48,598 nucleotides of DNA, taken from a virus (lineage: Duplodnaviria > Caudoviricetes). Made by a program: the position numbers and the translations under genes. The stretch is from positions 1 through 48,598 of IMG/VR virus record IMGVR_UViG_3300037419_002256; one strand, written 5' to 3'. This document shows positions 24,867 to 34,946 of this stretch, one piece after another (position 1 is the stretch's first letter; each line of letters begins with the position of its first letter). The notes beneath the pieces are model-generated. The model saw only the letters and a list, made by a program, of their open reading frames with translations, made no database searches and had not been told where the DNA came from.

Positions 24867-26771
24867 ATGATCAACGACCTTCGTTACGCCGTCACGTTCC
24901 CTACCAATGGGGTCGCGCTGAGCGGCCAGCTAAGCTTTCAACCGGGTGCAACCGCGATCTCCGGCCGCAACGGCACGGGGAAGAGCTTCGTTGCCGAGAT
25001 GATCCGCTACGGCCTGTTCGGGGCCAAGGCGCGGCGTGGGCCGGCGTCGGACTACAAGAGCCTGGACATGGCCTTGGGCTTCGCGATCGGTGACGTCAGC
25101 TACACCGTGAAGCGCGGCAAGAAAGAAGAGCTCGTCTGCTGGGACGGCGACGAGGTCCTCGCCGTCGGCGCCGACGCCGTGAACAAGAAGATCGTCGAGC
25201 TGCTGGGCTTCGAGCTCGAGGTGTTCGACGTCGTCTGCGCGGCGAACCAGAAAGAGAGCGAGCGGCTCACCCGCCTGACGCCGGCCAAGCGCAAGGAGCT
25301 CATCGACGACGTCGTGGGCCTGACCCGCCAGGAGGCCGTCGAGAAGGCGTGCCGCGAGGAGGCGAAGAACGCCCGTCTCGAGGCCGAGACGCTGAGCCGT
25401 GCGCTCGTGCCACCGACGGAGCCCGTCAAGCCCGACCTTTACCGGCCGTCAGCCGACATAAAGGCAGAGCTTGACGAAGCGAACAACGCGGTGGCGACGC
25501 GCGCCGAGCTGCAGCGCATTATCGGTGCGGTGCCGCCGGAGCCGGTGAAGCCACCGAAGCCCTGCCCCGACATCGAAGCGCTTGCGGCTCACGAGGTCGA
25601 ACGGGTGCGGATTTCCGCAACCCGCGCAGCGCTCGAGCGGAATATCGCGTCGATCCCCGACCCGCTCTACACGCGCAAGCAGCTCGAGCAGGCCCAGGCT
25701 CTTGCCGATTATGACGCCGAGGTAGAGCGTCGTGGCCCGCAGCCGAGCCTCGGTCTTTCTGAAGAAGTGATTGTCACCACGCTGGGCATGTGGGCGAAGC
25801 ACCACGCCCTCGAGGAGATCGGTGACATCGAGGTCCACTGCCCCAACTGTCAGCACGAGTTCCAGCCTGGTCATTCCTCGACGCCGCCTCGCCTCGACGA
25901 GCGGCGCTTGCAGGACGAGCTGCAACGGGTCCGCGCCTGGGCCGACGAGCTGGTCAAACCGAAGGGCACTCGCATTCCGCCGGTCGAGCTCGCTCAAGCC
26001 GTCAAGGCGCTTGACCGCGCTGATGAGAAGCAACTGATGCGGCAAGAACTCGAGGGCCTTCCGGAGCTCGAGGACAAGTCTGACGAGCTGGCCGAGGCGC
26101 GTCAGCTGCACACGGCGTGGGAAGTCTACAGCCGTCAGCTTGACCACTACGCGGCCTGTGCGGCAGAAGCCGGCAACGCCCAATATGAGCTCGACCATCT
26201 ACCTGCGCCGAAGCATTCTCCGGAAGATCTCAACGCTGCTTACACCGCGGCCGTCGTCTACGAGCGAGAGCTCGCCCGATACGAAGCCGACAAGCAGCGC
26301 TTCGACGAACTCTCCGCCGAGATCGCGGAGAAGCAGGAGCGGGCCGATGCGTTCACGGCAGGCGCCAAGGGATTGGTGGAGGCTCGTCGCACGCTTAAAG
26401 CGTTCCTCGCTCCGTCGCTCTCTCGGGTTGCGTCCAAGATAATCGGTGAGATGACCACCAACGCCGAGCGCCCGCTCGAGACGATCATCGTCGACGAGGA
26501 CATGAACATCACCGCCGACGGGCAGGACGTCTCGACGTTCAACGGCGCGCACGCGACGATGATCAACCTCGCCCTGCGCCTCGCCCTCGGCCAGGTGCTG
26601 GTCGCCCGCGTGTTCCCGGTGTTCATCGGCGACGAGCTCGACAGCGACGCCGACGAGGCGAACGCCCAGGCGATCGCCGATGCTCTCATGGCCTGCAGGG
26701 AACAATTGAGGCAGGTCGTAATTATCAGCCACAAGCGCCTCGAGGGCGTCGATCATCAGGTTGCTCTTTGA
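24867..26771 (+). CDS. Rad50/SbcC-like SMC ATPase
   Basis: Walker A GRNGTGKS, Q-loop ANQ, coiled coil with CPNC hook, Walker B FIGDE, H-loop ISH; AGGAG SD before ATG 24867. Confidence 0.88.
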   Translation: MINDLRYAVTFPTNGVALSGQLSFQPGATAISGRNGTGKSFVAEMIRYGLFGAKARRGPASDYKSLDMALGFAIGDVSYTVKRGKKEELVCWDGDEVLAVGADAVNKKIVELLGFELEVFDVVCAANQKESERLTRLTPAKRKELIDDVVGLTRQEAVEKACREEAKNARLEAETLSRALVPPTEPVKPDLYRPSADIKAELDEANNAVATRAELQRIIGAVPPEPVKPPKPCPDIEALAAHEVERVRISATRAALERNIASIPDPLYTRKQLEQAQALADYDAEVERRGPQPSLGLSEEVIVTTLGMWAKHHALEEIGDIEVHCPNCQHEFQPGHSSTPPRLDERRLQDELQRVRAWADELVKPKGTRIPPVELAQAVKALDRADEKQLMRQELEGLPELEDKSDELAEARQLHTAWEVYSRQLDHYAACAAEAGNAQYELDHLPAPKHSPEDLNAAYTAAVVYERELARYEADKQRFDELSAEIAEKQERADAFTAGAKGLVEARRTLKAFLAPSLSRVASKIIGEMTTNAERPLETIIVDEDMNITADGQDVSTFNGAHATMINLALRLALGQVLVARVFPVFIGDELDSDADEANAQAIADALMACREQLRQVVIISHKRLEGVDHQVAL

Positions 26772-26861
26772 GCTGGCTGCTCGGTAAGCGGCCTGTTGGA
26801 GCCCGGGGTTTCCATCCACCAAGCAGAGGTGTCACCGCCCCCGGGCTCCAACATCTTATGA

Positions 26862-26876
26862 AGTGACTAAGTCACT
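26862..26876. promoter_or_regulatory. Palindromic motif copy 8
   Basis: AGTGAC-TAA-GTCACT, intergenic. Confidence 0.78.
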
Positions 26877-26943
26877 GATTCCCGATCGGTAGCAACCCAC
26901 AAGCAAAGCCTTCCACACGGGGTCTTCGAAAGGAGACCCCGTT

Positions 26944-27330
26944 TTGCTTACCCCGGATCAGGAAGCGGAAGTCATTGCCGAGTACAGGCGTGTCCGCTCA
27001 CCCTTCAAAGTTGCCAACAACCTGGGCTTCAACGTCCAGGACGTCTGGAATGTAATCGACCAGAACCCCGACGCCGCCGTCGCCAACGTCGAGCGCTGGG
27101 GCGGTGAAGGCCGTCCAGACCTTCGCCCCTACTTCGTCGCGTCGGCCCGCTGCTCCGAGCGCTGGGACAACGACGACCCGGGCGTCGCCCTCGCGCGCGA
27201 CCGGTATTGCGCCGGCACGCACACGATGGCGACCCATCGCGACGGCACGACCAAATTCCTGTGCTCGATCCCGCTGAAGCGAAAGGTTCCGCCGCAGCCG
27301 GATTACTTCAAGCCGGAGCCGGCCCTTTGA
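26944..27330 (+). CDS. Hypothetical protein with N-terminal HTH
   Basis: [37 protein letters not shown]; AAGGAG SD with TTG start. Confidence 0.6.
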   Translation: MLTPDQEAEVIAEYRRVRSPFKVANNLGFNVQDVWNVIDQNPDAAVANVERWGGEGRPDLRPYFVASARCSERWDNDDPGVALARDRYCAGTHTMATHRDGTTKFLCSIPLKRKVPPQPDYFKPEPAL

Positions 27331-27500
27331 GCGGCGCGTCGTACACGAACCAGGTTCCGCCGCCTCGCTGCAAGCGTCCGTCGACAAAGAAGGATGCTCG
27401 GGAGGGCCACGCCACCAAGATGCTTCTGAAGAAGGTCGAACGCAGGCTGCGCCAACCTGGCTTCACCCCGGTGGCGAATTCGCGCCGGAGGTTCAAATGA
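27327..27500 (+). CDS. Small basic protein (57 aa)
   Basis: GGAG SD, TTG start overlapping the upstream TGA, ATGA overlap with thyA. Confidence 0.45.
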   Translation: MSGASYTNQVPPPRCKRPSTKKDAREGHATKMLLKKVERRLRQPGFTPVANSRRRFK

Positions 27501-28345
27501 GCCTTCACGACCTGACGTACAACCGTCTGCTCCGCGAGATCCTCGACTATGGCGAGGTCTGCGAGGATCGGACGGGCGTAGGAACCAAGGCGCTTTTCGG
27601 CACCCAGATGCGCTTCGACCTGAGCGAGGGCTTCCCTCTGCTCACGACGAAGCGTGTCTTCTGGAAGGGGATCGTCGAAGAGCTGCTTTGGTTCCTACGC
27701 GGCGAGACCAACGTCCGCACCCTGCAAGCGCGCGGCGTTCATATCTGGGACGAGTGGGCTGACGAGAACGGCGATCTCGGGCCAGTCTACGGCAAGCAGT
27801 GGCGGGCGTGGCCCGGCCAACCCGATTACGCCGTTGTCGGCCCGACGAGGGTGGGTCTGAAGATCAATGAAATCGACCAGATCTCCTGCCTGATCGAGGG
27901 CCTGGTCAAGAACCCCTTCGGTCGCCGCCACATCGTCACCGCCTGGAACCCGGCCGAGGTCGACAGCATGAAGCTGCCGCCCTGCCACTGCCTGTTCCAG
28001 TTCAAGGTCTCCCCGAGCAACAAGCTCAGCTGCCAGCTCTACCAGCGGTCGGCCGACTTCTTCCTCGGCGTGCCATTCAACATCGCGAGCTACGCGCTGC
28101 TGACGCACATGGTGGCCCACGTCACCGGCTACGAGCCGGGCACGTTCATTTGGACGGGCGGAGACACCCACCTCTACCTGAACCATCTCGAGCAGGCCGA
28201 AGAGCAGCTCCGCCGCGAGCCGTACAAGTCGCCGACCGTTCGCCTCAACCCGGAGGTCACCAACATCTTCGGGTTCCAGCCGAACGACATCCTGCTCGAG
28301 GACTACCGATCGCACCCGGCGATCAAGGCGGAGGTGGCCGTATGA
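27497..28345 (+). CDS. thyA: Thymidylate synthase
   Basis: [54 protein letters not shown]. Confidence 0.97.
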   Translation: MSLHDLTYNRLLREILDYGEVCEDRTGVGTKALFGTQMRFDLSEGFPLLTTKRVFWKGIVEELLWFLRGETNVRTLQARGVHIWDEWADENGDLGPVYGKQWRAWPGQPDYAVVGPTRVGLKINEIDQISCLIEGLVKNPFGRRHIVTAWNPAEVDSMKLPPCHCLFQFKVSPSNKLSCQLYQRSADFFLGVPFNIASYALLTHMVAHVTGYEPGTFIWTGGDTHLYLNHLEQAEEQLRREPYKSPTVRLNPEVTNIFGFQPNDILLEDYRSHPAIKAEVAV

Positions 28346-29199
28346 GCCGCTTCGCGCACCCCGACCTCTGCAGACCAGCAATCAAGGATGCTTCGATGAA
28401 CCCCACCAGCAAAGGAGGGGTCACCGAGCCCCTCGACAACAGCGGCGCCATTTCGGTCGACGCTGCCCCCGAGAACAATGTCGTCGACCCCTTCGAGATC
28501 GCGATCGAGAAGACCCACGACAAATATTTCAGCGGCGAGCTCGAGCTGAAGCAGCCGGCCAACGACCGCATCGCCCCTTCGGCGATCGGTCTCTCCGGCT
28601 GGGCCCAGACCGGCAAGACGACCGCGGCGAACTACATCGAGCAGAAATACGGCTACCGGCGCCAGCATATCGCCGAGCCGCTGCGGGCGATGCTCCGCAC
28701 GCTGCTCCTGCGCTTCGGCATGACCGACACGCAGATCGATGCCTTCCTGACGGGTCCCCTCAAGGAAGAGGTCATCCCCTGCCTCGGCGTCACCAGCCGT
28801 CACGCGCAGATCACGCTCGGCACCGAGTGGGGTCGCGAGCTGATCGGCGACGACCTGTGGGCCCGCCTGTGGTCCTACGAGGCCGAGCAGCAGGGCGGCA
28901 GGGCGATGAACGACAGCGTTCGCTTCCCCAACGAGGAGAGCGCGGTCCAGGGCTCCTATGGTGGTTTCACCATACTCGTGACCCGGCCGGGCACCCGGCC
29001 GGCGGCGTTCAAGTGGGGCCGCTTCGGCGAGCTACTCTACAACTGCTTCGGCCTCATGTGGGGAGTCCACGACAGCGAGCGCACCGACAAGCTGAACCCG
29101 GACTATGTCATCGTCAACGACGGGACGCTCGAAGAGCTCTACGCCGAGATCGACGACATCATGGCGATCGAAGGAGCCCTGCAATGCGCGGTTTCCTGA
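28342..29199 (+). CDS. Deoxynucleoside monophosphate kinase
   Basis: [48 protein letters not shown]. Confidence 0.88.
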   Translation: MSRFAHPDLCRPAIKDASMNPTSKGGVTEPLDNSGAISVDAAPENNVVDPFEIAIEKTHDKYFSGELELKQPANDRIAPSAIGLSGWAQTGKTTAANYIEQKYGYRRQHIAEPLRAMLRTLLLRFGMTDTQIDAFLTGPLKEEVIPCLGVTSRHAQITLGTEWGRELIGDDLWARLWSYEAEQQGGRAMNDSVRFPNEESAVQGSYGGFTILVTRPGTRPAAFKWGRFGELLYNCFGLMWGVHDSERTDKLNPDYVIVNDGTLEELYAEIDDIMAIEGALQCAVS

Positions 29200-29354
29200 T
29201 GTTCGTCGCCGCGGTCGTGGTGCTCTACGCCCCGGCGGAGAGCCAGCGCGTCGAGCTCCAATGTAAACCGGTGATCCGGCCGGTTGTTCACTGCGAGGCT
29301 CACAGCATCGGCTCTCCGTACGAGAAGACGCCGACCTACTGCCGCAACAGCTAG
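29184..29354 (+). CDS. Small secreted Cys-containing protein
   Basis: AAGGAG SD, signal-peptide-like [18 protein letters not shown]. Confidence 0.45.
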   Translation: MRGFLMFVAAVVVLYAPAESQRVELQCKPVIRPVVHCEAHSIGSPYEKTPTYCRNS

Positions 29355-29713
29355 CGGACGTACTCGGAACCGCTGCCGAGCATCTTGAACCACCAGTAGC
29401 ACCTGACGGCAGCGACCATCAGCCAGCGGGAGACCGGGGATACACCGGCCTCCCGTAGCGTATCGGCGAACACCGTGTTCGCGTGATCGACTTCCCCGCA
29501 CTGCAGCAGCCAGTCGTGAAGCACGGCCGGCTTCGAGACATGGCCCGACACCGGCAGGAACATCCGGGCGATCGCCGGGATGGACGCGAGGTCGGTGACG
29601 AAACCGGCCGGCACGCTGATACCGGCATGCTCGAACGTCTCATAGACCATGAAGAGGCCGCGACCGTTGCGCTCGTAGGGCAGTGCTTCGAGGATCAGCG
29701 GTACGTCGTCCAT
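29351..29713 (-). CDS. DUF1353-family protein
   Basis: VPAGFVTDLASIP, AVLHDWL, AVR. Confidence 0.85.
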   Translation of the reverse strand: MDDVPLILEALPYERNGRGLFMVYETFEHAGISVPAGFVTDLASIPAIARMFLPVSGHVSKPAVLHDWLLQCGEVDHANTVFADTLREAGVSPVSRWLMVAAVRCYWWFKMLGSGSEYVR

Positions 29714-29770
29714 TCCCCGCCGATATCAACGGCTTCCGACCCAGCGACAGCAGCGTCGGTGACACCGGCA

Positions 29771-30277
29771 TCAACCGGGCCAGGCGGCTCCTTCGATATC
29801 GATCGCGTCGAGCTCCGCAGCGGTCGTCGCGGCGTCGATCTGCTCTCGCAGCGACTGTCCAACGGCGTGGCACTGCATGTCATATTGCCCGACGGCGAGG
29901 CCCGCGGCCTCGATCTCAGCCTTGTTGTGGGTGACGACGCTGTTGTCCTCCATCGTCCAGTTGACGCTGAAAGTGTCCCCGACGAGCTGGGCCATGGTGA
30001 CGGCGCCGTTGAGCTTAACCTTGCTCTCCTCGTCGCTGTCCATCCGCCCCTTGGGCGTCGCGCAGCCCAGGCTCCGCCGGAAGTCCCGGTAGATTTTGGC
30101 GTCTTCCCACTTGCGCTGCTTCAGGATGTCCAGCGGGACGACCCAGGCGCCGTCGACGAGCTCAGCTTCCGGGTCCGGCAGCTCATCATCGACTTCGGAG
30201 ATGACCGTCCAGTCCTCGTGGCCTTCGAGGGTGGAGACGTTCTGGCGCTCGCCATCCTTCTCAATCACATATCTCAT
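29771..30277 (-). CDS. DUF4376-like tail-fibre-associated protein
   Basis: MDSDEES, WTMEDNSVV, IDAATTAAELDAI; directly downstream of the tail tip gene. Confidence 0.75.
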   Translation of the reverse strand: MRYVIEKDGERQNVSTLEGHEDWTVISEVDDELPDPEAELVDGAWVVPLDILKQRKWEDAKIYRDFRRSLGCATPKGRMDSDEESKVKLNGAVTMAQLVGDTFSVNWTMEDNSVVTHNKAEIEAAGLAVGQYDMQCHAVGQSLREQIDAATTAAELDAIDIEGAAWPG

Positions 30278-33200
30278 GGCGTCACCATCGTGAACGTGCC
30301 CGTGAAGGTCACGGCCACAGCATTGGTCGGCGCGCTGGTCGCAACGCGCGCCAGGAGCCGGTAGCTATACGTCGAGCCGGACGTGAGCCCGGTGTCATAG
30401 ATGTTGGTGTTCATCGCCCCGCTGTTCGCCACCAACATGGTGCCTTCACTGGGGTCGTCACCGATAAGCGCGTCGTCGGTATACGGGTCCGGACTGGAAT
30501 GCTGCACCAAACCGATGTCGGTCCAGGTGCCCCCGATGTTGCGCTGCAACTTATACTCGATGTCCCACGGCCCCTGGTTGTTCGCCGTCTTCGCGACTTT
30601 GACCGTGAGATTGATTTGGGCCGTTACGTCCGTCTTCCCGGAAGGAAGTGTCAGGTCGAGCTGCCCGGAGATGACCTGGAACGTCGTTCCCGGCGTGTTG
30701 AACGACGTGAACCCGCTGGTCTGACTGACGCTGCCCGTGCCGGTACCGCTGCCGGTGCCGGTGCCGCCGCCGGTGCTGACCGAACTCAGGACCTTCGACA
30801 CGGTCACGACCTCGCTCGCAACAAGCCCCGAAGTGGATTTTGCCTGGATCTCGACGCTGCTCTTGTCGATTTCGACGCTCGTCAGCGTGAAAGTGCCGAC
30901 GCCGCTGGCGACGGTCATGGCGTGCCAGCCGTTGTCGGGACCCCACCCGTTCACATGTCCGTCGACGACGCGGTACTGCCAGGTCACCCCGGTGGTAACC
31001 ACGTTGCCGTTGGCGATGAGCTTGTAGTAATTGTCCTTCGGCAGGTCCTGGGGCGTGGTCCCGCCTGAATCGTAGGTCGCCGAGATCGTCGGCGGTCCGT
31101 ATCCGACATAGACCTGCCGATAGGTGGACGACAGCGTATAGGTGGACGTGGTCGGAAGACTGACCTTGCCCGAGGTCGTAACCGTTCGGACCTCAATCTT
31201 GTAGGTGCCGAAGAGCGGGTTGAAGTCCTCCCACACGTCTGAGGTCTGGTCGCCTTGAAAGATCACCGACGAACCGTTGCGGGTGACCTTCACCCTGAAC
31301 TTGGCGAAGTCGGGGCAGTTGGCCGGCCGATCCCAGTTCGCGATCAGGACGAAGGTCTGACCACCAAATTTGTTGGTGAATGAGCTCAGCGAGAACATCC
31401 CGCCGACCGGCGCCACAGGCTTCGGGACGACGCTGCCTCCGCTGCCGCTACCGCTGCCCGGATAGCCCGGCATCACATAATAATAGTCGCCCAGGTCCGA
31501 GGCCGTGTACTTGCCGGTGTCGACTTCGATCGCATTGACGATCACTCGCTCATTGTCGTCGGCGTACTGCAGGTCCAGGACGCGGTAGACCTTGGGGACG
31601 CTCGGGAGGCCGACAGCCTCGAGCGCGACGTTGGCGTTCGCCGCCACGTCGACCGGCAACGCGCTATCAAGGAATATCTCCTTGACGTCGCCCCGCTGGG
31701 TCCCGCTGTTCGTGACCGTGCGGGTGGTAACGATCGTCGGGAGCGCCCAGTCCGTGCTCGTCGGTGCCGTGGTGCTGTCAGGGTTGTAATTGGGGTTCGG
31801 GGTGGTGACCCGGATCGTATAGGCAACGCCGACCTCGAGCCTGATCGTGTCACGCAGGACGATCGAGCCGCCCTTGTTCTGGACGATCCGGCCGGTCGTG
31901 CGCTTGAGATCGTCGGTCGTCATGTTCAGCGACTGGTCGGCGACGAGGATCCAGTCGAAGCGCTCGAGATGCTTGCCCTGCCGGTTGGTGGTGAAAGTGA
32001 CCGCGCGGAACTCGTTGACGCAGGTCCGCATCTTGAGGATCGCCCAGCGAAGCGCCTGCTGCCGGTGGGTGCAGCCGACGCCGATGACCTTCGTCGGCTT
32101 GCGGCCGTACTGGGCGATGTGGGCATCATCGGTGATGCGGACGCGATCCTCGCGATAGTCGAATTCCTCGTTGAGGAAGACGACGGTCACGTCGTTGAAG
32201 CGCGTGTCGATGTCGGTGTGGCTGTAGGAGAATTCCCCGTCGATGTTCTCCCAAGTGAAGAGCGCCGAGGGATTCCGCGGCTTGTCGACGACGAGCCGCC
32301 ATTCGCCCTGGCCGTTGTCCCACGCGGTGCCGCCGCAAGCGCCGGCCATCCACCGGATGAACTCGTCGCTTCGCTGCGCCTCGGTGACGACGAGGTTCAT
32401 GGAGAAGCGGGGGTGGGTTCCGCCGTCGCCGTTGGTGACGAGCCCGCTGGCATATTTGGACAGCTCGAGCGCGTCCCACTTGTTGAGGTGCGCGCCAGGG
32501 GTCAGCCGGGCGAGGCCCGAGAGCGAGTCTGAAATAGCGTCGTTGATGATCCAGGCGGGATCGTTGGTGTAGGCCTTTGCCCACGAACCGTCCCAGATCG
32601 TGCCGGTGTAAGCCCGCGTGGTCGGGTTGAACACGGTCGACGGCGGCACCTGAACGATCTTCGTCTCGTAGATGCCGCTGACTTCCGGCACGCCCGTGAA
32701 ATTGTCGCTGGCCTTGCCGAAGAGCTGGAGCCAGGAGACGCCGCGCCAATCCTCCTGCGTCCCGAGCTTCGGGTTATAGACCGCAGTCATCGACTCCCAG
32801 CTGATCGTGCGCTTTTCGAAGTTCGGGTCGGCGTCGAGGGTCGCGACCTCGTTCAGGCGAACACGAATGTCCCAGCCCTTGTTGGCGTAGACGCCGGTGT
32901 TCGGGACCTTGATCCTCAGCTCTTTGACGAACGGGCTGGTCGTCTTGCCGGTGATCGCCAGAAAGGTGGAATAGGTGCCGGCCGGCGCGGTGTCGGGCTG
33001 GCTGCTTTGCGTCGCCTCGGTCTGGTAGATCTGCGTCGACCCGCCGGTCATCACGATGCCCGTCTCGGGATCGGTCGCATAGCCGCTGTTGACCGTGTAG
33101 CCGCTGTCGGATTGCGGCGGGGTCGTGTTCCCGTTCGAGGCGAAGGGGTTGATCCAGGTCGTCGTGCCCGTCGGCTTCATCTGGATCTCGAGGTTGGCGG

Positions 33201-33660
33201 TCGTCTCGTAGATGCCGTCCGCGTCCTGGCGGTAGAGCTGGCTGACGACGAAGCGCAGGTCGATCGCCTCGGCGTTGGTGTTGGTGACCGTGCGCGTGAC
33301 CCAGGTGCCGGTCCCGGGCCCGCCGGTGTTGGCAAGCGTGACGTTGATCGCCGTCGGTGCGCCCGCGGCGCCGAGCTGGAGGTTGCAGATCTGCGGGAAC
33401 TTCAGCGGGTCTCCGTCGGCGAAGACAGCAGTGAAATTCTGGAAGTTGAGGTTACCGCTGGTGTCCTCGATCGGAGTGTCGTTGACGCGAATGTTCTTCA
33501 TCCCGTCGACCGGCCCCTTGATCGGGCCTACGCACAGTCCAAGAAGGCCTTCGAACGTGTCATTCGAGCGCAGCGTGTCGGGCTTCTGGACGAAGCTCGT
33601 GCTGCTACTGCTGCCGCTGCCGCTGTCCCCGCCACCTGAGCCGCGAAATTCGATGTCCAT
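30274..33660 (-). CDS. Tail tip / host-specificity protein (lambda J-like)
   Basis: GPIKGPVDG, YTNDPAWI, PRFSMN, GCTHRQQALR, FnIII-like region, variable C-terminus. Confidence 0.9.
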   Translation of the reverse strand: MDIEFRGSGGGDSGSGSSSSTSFVQKPDTLRSNDTFEGLLGLCVGPIKGPVDGMKNIRVNDTPIEDTSGNLNFQNFTAVFADGDPLKFPQICNLQLGAAGAPTAINVTLANTGGPGTGTWVTRTVTNTNAEAIDLRFVVSQLYRQDADGIYETTANLEIQMKPTGTTTWINPFASNGNTTPPQSDSGYTVNSGYATDPETGIVMTGGSTQIYQTEATQSSQPDTAPAGTYSTFLAITGKTTSPFVKELRIKVPNTGVYANKGWDIRVRLNEVATLDADPNFEKRTISWESMTAVYNPKLGTQEDWRGVSWLQLFGKASDNFTGVPEVSGIYETKIVQVPPSTVFNPTTRAYTGTIWDGSWAKAYTNDPAWIINDAISDSLSGLARLTPGAHLNKWDALELSKYASGLVTNGDGGTHPRFSMNLVVTEAQRSDEFIRWMAGACGGTAWDNGQGEWRLVVDKPRNPSALFTWENIDGEFSYSHTDIDTRFNDVTVVFLNEEFDYREDRVRITDDAHIAQYGRKPTKVIGVGCTHRQQALRWAILKMRTCVNEFRAVTFTTNRQGKHLERFDWILVADQSLNMTTDDLKRTTGRIVQNKGGSIVLRDTIRLEVGVAYTIRVTTPNPNYNPDSTTAPTSTDWALPTIVTTRTVTNSGTQRGDVKEIFLDSALPVDVAANANVALEAVGLPSVPKVYRVLDLQYADDNERVIVNAIEVDTGKYTASDLGDYYYVMPGYPGSGSGSGGSVVPKPVAPVGGMFSLSSFTNKFGGQTFVLIANWDRPANCPDFAKFRVKVTRNGSSVIFQGDQTSDVWEDFNPLFGTYKIEVRTVTTSGKVSLPTTSTYTLSSTYRQVYVGYGPPTISATYDSGGTTPQDLPKDNYYKLIANGNVVTTGVTWQYRVVDGHVNGWGPDNGWHAMTVASGVGTFTLTSVEIDKSSVEIQAKSTSGLVASEVVTVSKVLSSVSTGGGTGTGSGTGTGSVSQTSGFTSFNTPGTTFQVISGQLDLTLPSGKTDVTAQINLTVKVAKTANNQGPWDIEYKLQRNIGGTWTDIGLVQHSSPDPYTDDALIGDDPSEGTMLVANSGAMNTNIYDTGLTSGSTYSYRLLARVATSAPTNAVAVTFTGTFTMVTP

Positions 33661-33705
33661 CGTCGAGCCTATGCCCTCACCATCGCGGTGAACTCACGAT
33701 GGTGC

Positions 33706-33715
33706 TGTGGATTAG
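33706..33715 (-). promoter_or_regulatory. Late motif CTAATCCACA, copy upstream of the tail tip gene
   Basis: Exact 10-mer, 45 nt before the ATG at 33660. Confidence 0.75.
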
Positions 33716-34938
33716 GCTGCGAAGGCGCGGCGGGACTGGGCCGGCTTGAACGACAAGCGGTCGCGGACCTCCTTGATGCCCAGCACGCGCCGGCCGACTT
33801 CGCCGTAGGTGCGGCTTCGCAGGATGACGCTGATGCATTGCCGGCTGCTGTAGCCGTGGTCGTGGGCGTACTTGTCGGGAGCCGCGAGGATGTTGAAGCT
33901 CTCGATGATGATCCCCGGATGCTCCTTGGCGACCATCTTGTGGTGGATGTGGCCGATGTCGATGTAATGGAACTCGGTCTCGCCGTAGTCCTGGCGGAAC
34001 TCGGTGGTCATGACGCCGCAGAGCCGATCGGGGCGGCACTGGTCCGAGTGATGGGTCATCACCAGCGTGTTGCCCATCCGGTAGCCGATGAAGACGTTGT
34101 CGTTGTTGAGGATATTGACGCGCCCGCTGTCGCCATAGGCAACGCGCAGGAGCTCAGCCATCCAGATGTCGTTGGTGCGGCTGTGGTTGCCCTGGTTGAC
34201 GATGACGTCGACGCGCTGGGCCTTGGTCAGCGCCTTGTCGACGATCCAGCGCATGACGCGGCTGTAGACCTTGATCATCTTCGGGAAGCGGCCGTCAGCG
34301 TCGAGCTTGTGGCCGCTGGCCTCGGTCTCGGCCTTGAAATTCTCGTAGTGCGTGAAGTCACCGAGATCGTTGATGACGATGACCTCGCTGGCCGGCAGTT
34401 CGTCGATAAGAAGGCCGATCGCGCCGCAGAGCTCGCTCTCGGCGATCTTGAGGTCGAAGTTCTGGCCCGTCTCGGCGGCGTGGGCGAGCATGCCGAAATG
34501 GGCGTCGCCGATCTGGATCCAGGGGATGATGTCCGACTGATATTCGAGCGGCCCTGCCGGCACCTCGACGGGTTCGACGCCTTCGACAAAGCTCTCGACT
34601 GCCTCCTGGATGAGCTCGAGCCATTTCTGTTCGTCGAGCCTGGTCTTGGTCCACTGCAGCACGACCTCGCGATCGCCGTTCGGGTGGACCTTCTCGAGCG
34701 TGGAGTGCCCGCGCGCGATGAACGGCTCGGGGATGGGCGAGTTGAGGTTGCAGGCCGGGGCGTAGCCGTGGGCCGCAGCCTTCTTCTCGACGGCGGCAAT
34801 CGCACGGTCGATCGAGCGGCGATGGATGCCCAGCTCCTTCGCCGCGGCGCGCTTGCTGCCGTTGTTGCGGTAGACCGCCTCGATGACGCGGGCCTGGGCG
34901 GGCGTCGCCCACTCTCTGAGACGTAGGTCGATCTGCAT
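33712..34938 (-). CDS. HTH-fused calcineurin-like metallophosphoesterase
   Basis: N-terminal SKRAAAKELGIHRRSI; GDAHFG, GDFTH, GNHS, GHIHH. Confidence 0.8.
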   Translation of the reverse strand: MQIDLRLREWATPAQARVIEAVYRNNGSKRAAAKELGIHRRSIDRAIAAVEKKAAAHGYAPACNLNSPIPEPFIARGHSTLEKVHPNGDREVVLQWTKTRLDEQKWLELIQEAVESFVEGVEPVEVPAGPLEYQSDIIPWIQIGDAHFGMLAHAAETGQNFDLKIAESELCGAIGLLIDELPASEVIVINDLGDFTHYENFKAETEASGHKLDADGRFPKMIKVYSRVMRWIVDKALTKAQRVDVIVNQGNHSRTNDIWMAELLRVAYGDSGRVNILNNDNVFIGYRMGNTLVMTHHSDQCRPDRLCGVMTTEFRQDYGETEFHYIDIGHIHHKMVAKEHPGIIIESFNILAAPDKYAHDHGYSSRQCISVILRSRTYGEVGRRVLGIKEVRDRLSFKPAQSRRAFAA

Positions 34939-34946
34939 GAGAATCC

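Noticed and set aside
4032-26876. Palindromic repeats as a CRISPR array or attC-like cassette sites
   Set aside because: Copies are kilobases apart, only 15 bp long, with no regular spacers, no cas genes and no attC R/L box structure
30736-30777. Short GTGCCG-type tandem repeats in the tail tip gene (and the Gly/Pro run in the tape measure near 42280-42380)
   Set aside because: Encode Gly/Thr/Ser or Gly/Pro linkers; no template/variable repeat pair or reverse transcriptase to suggest a diversity-generating retroelement
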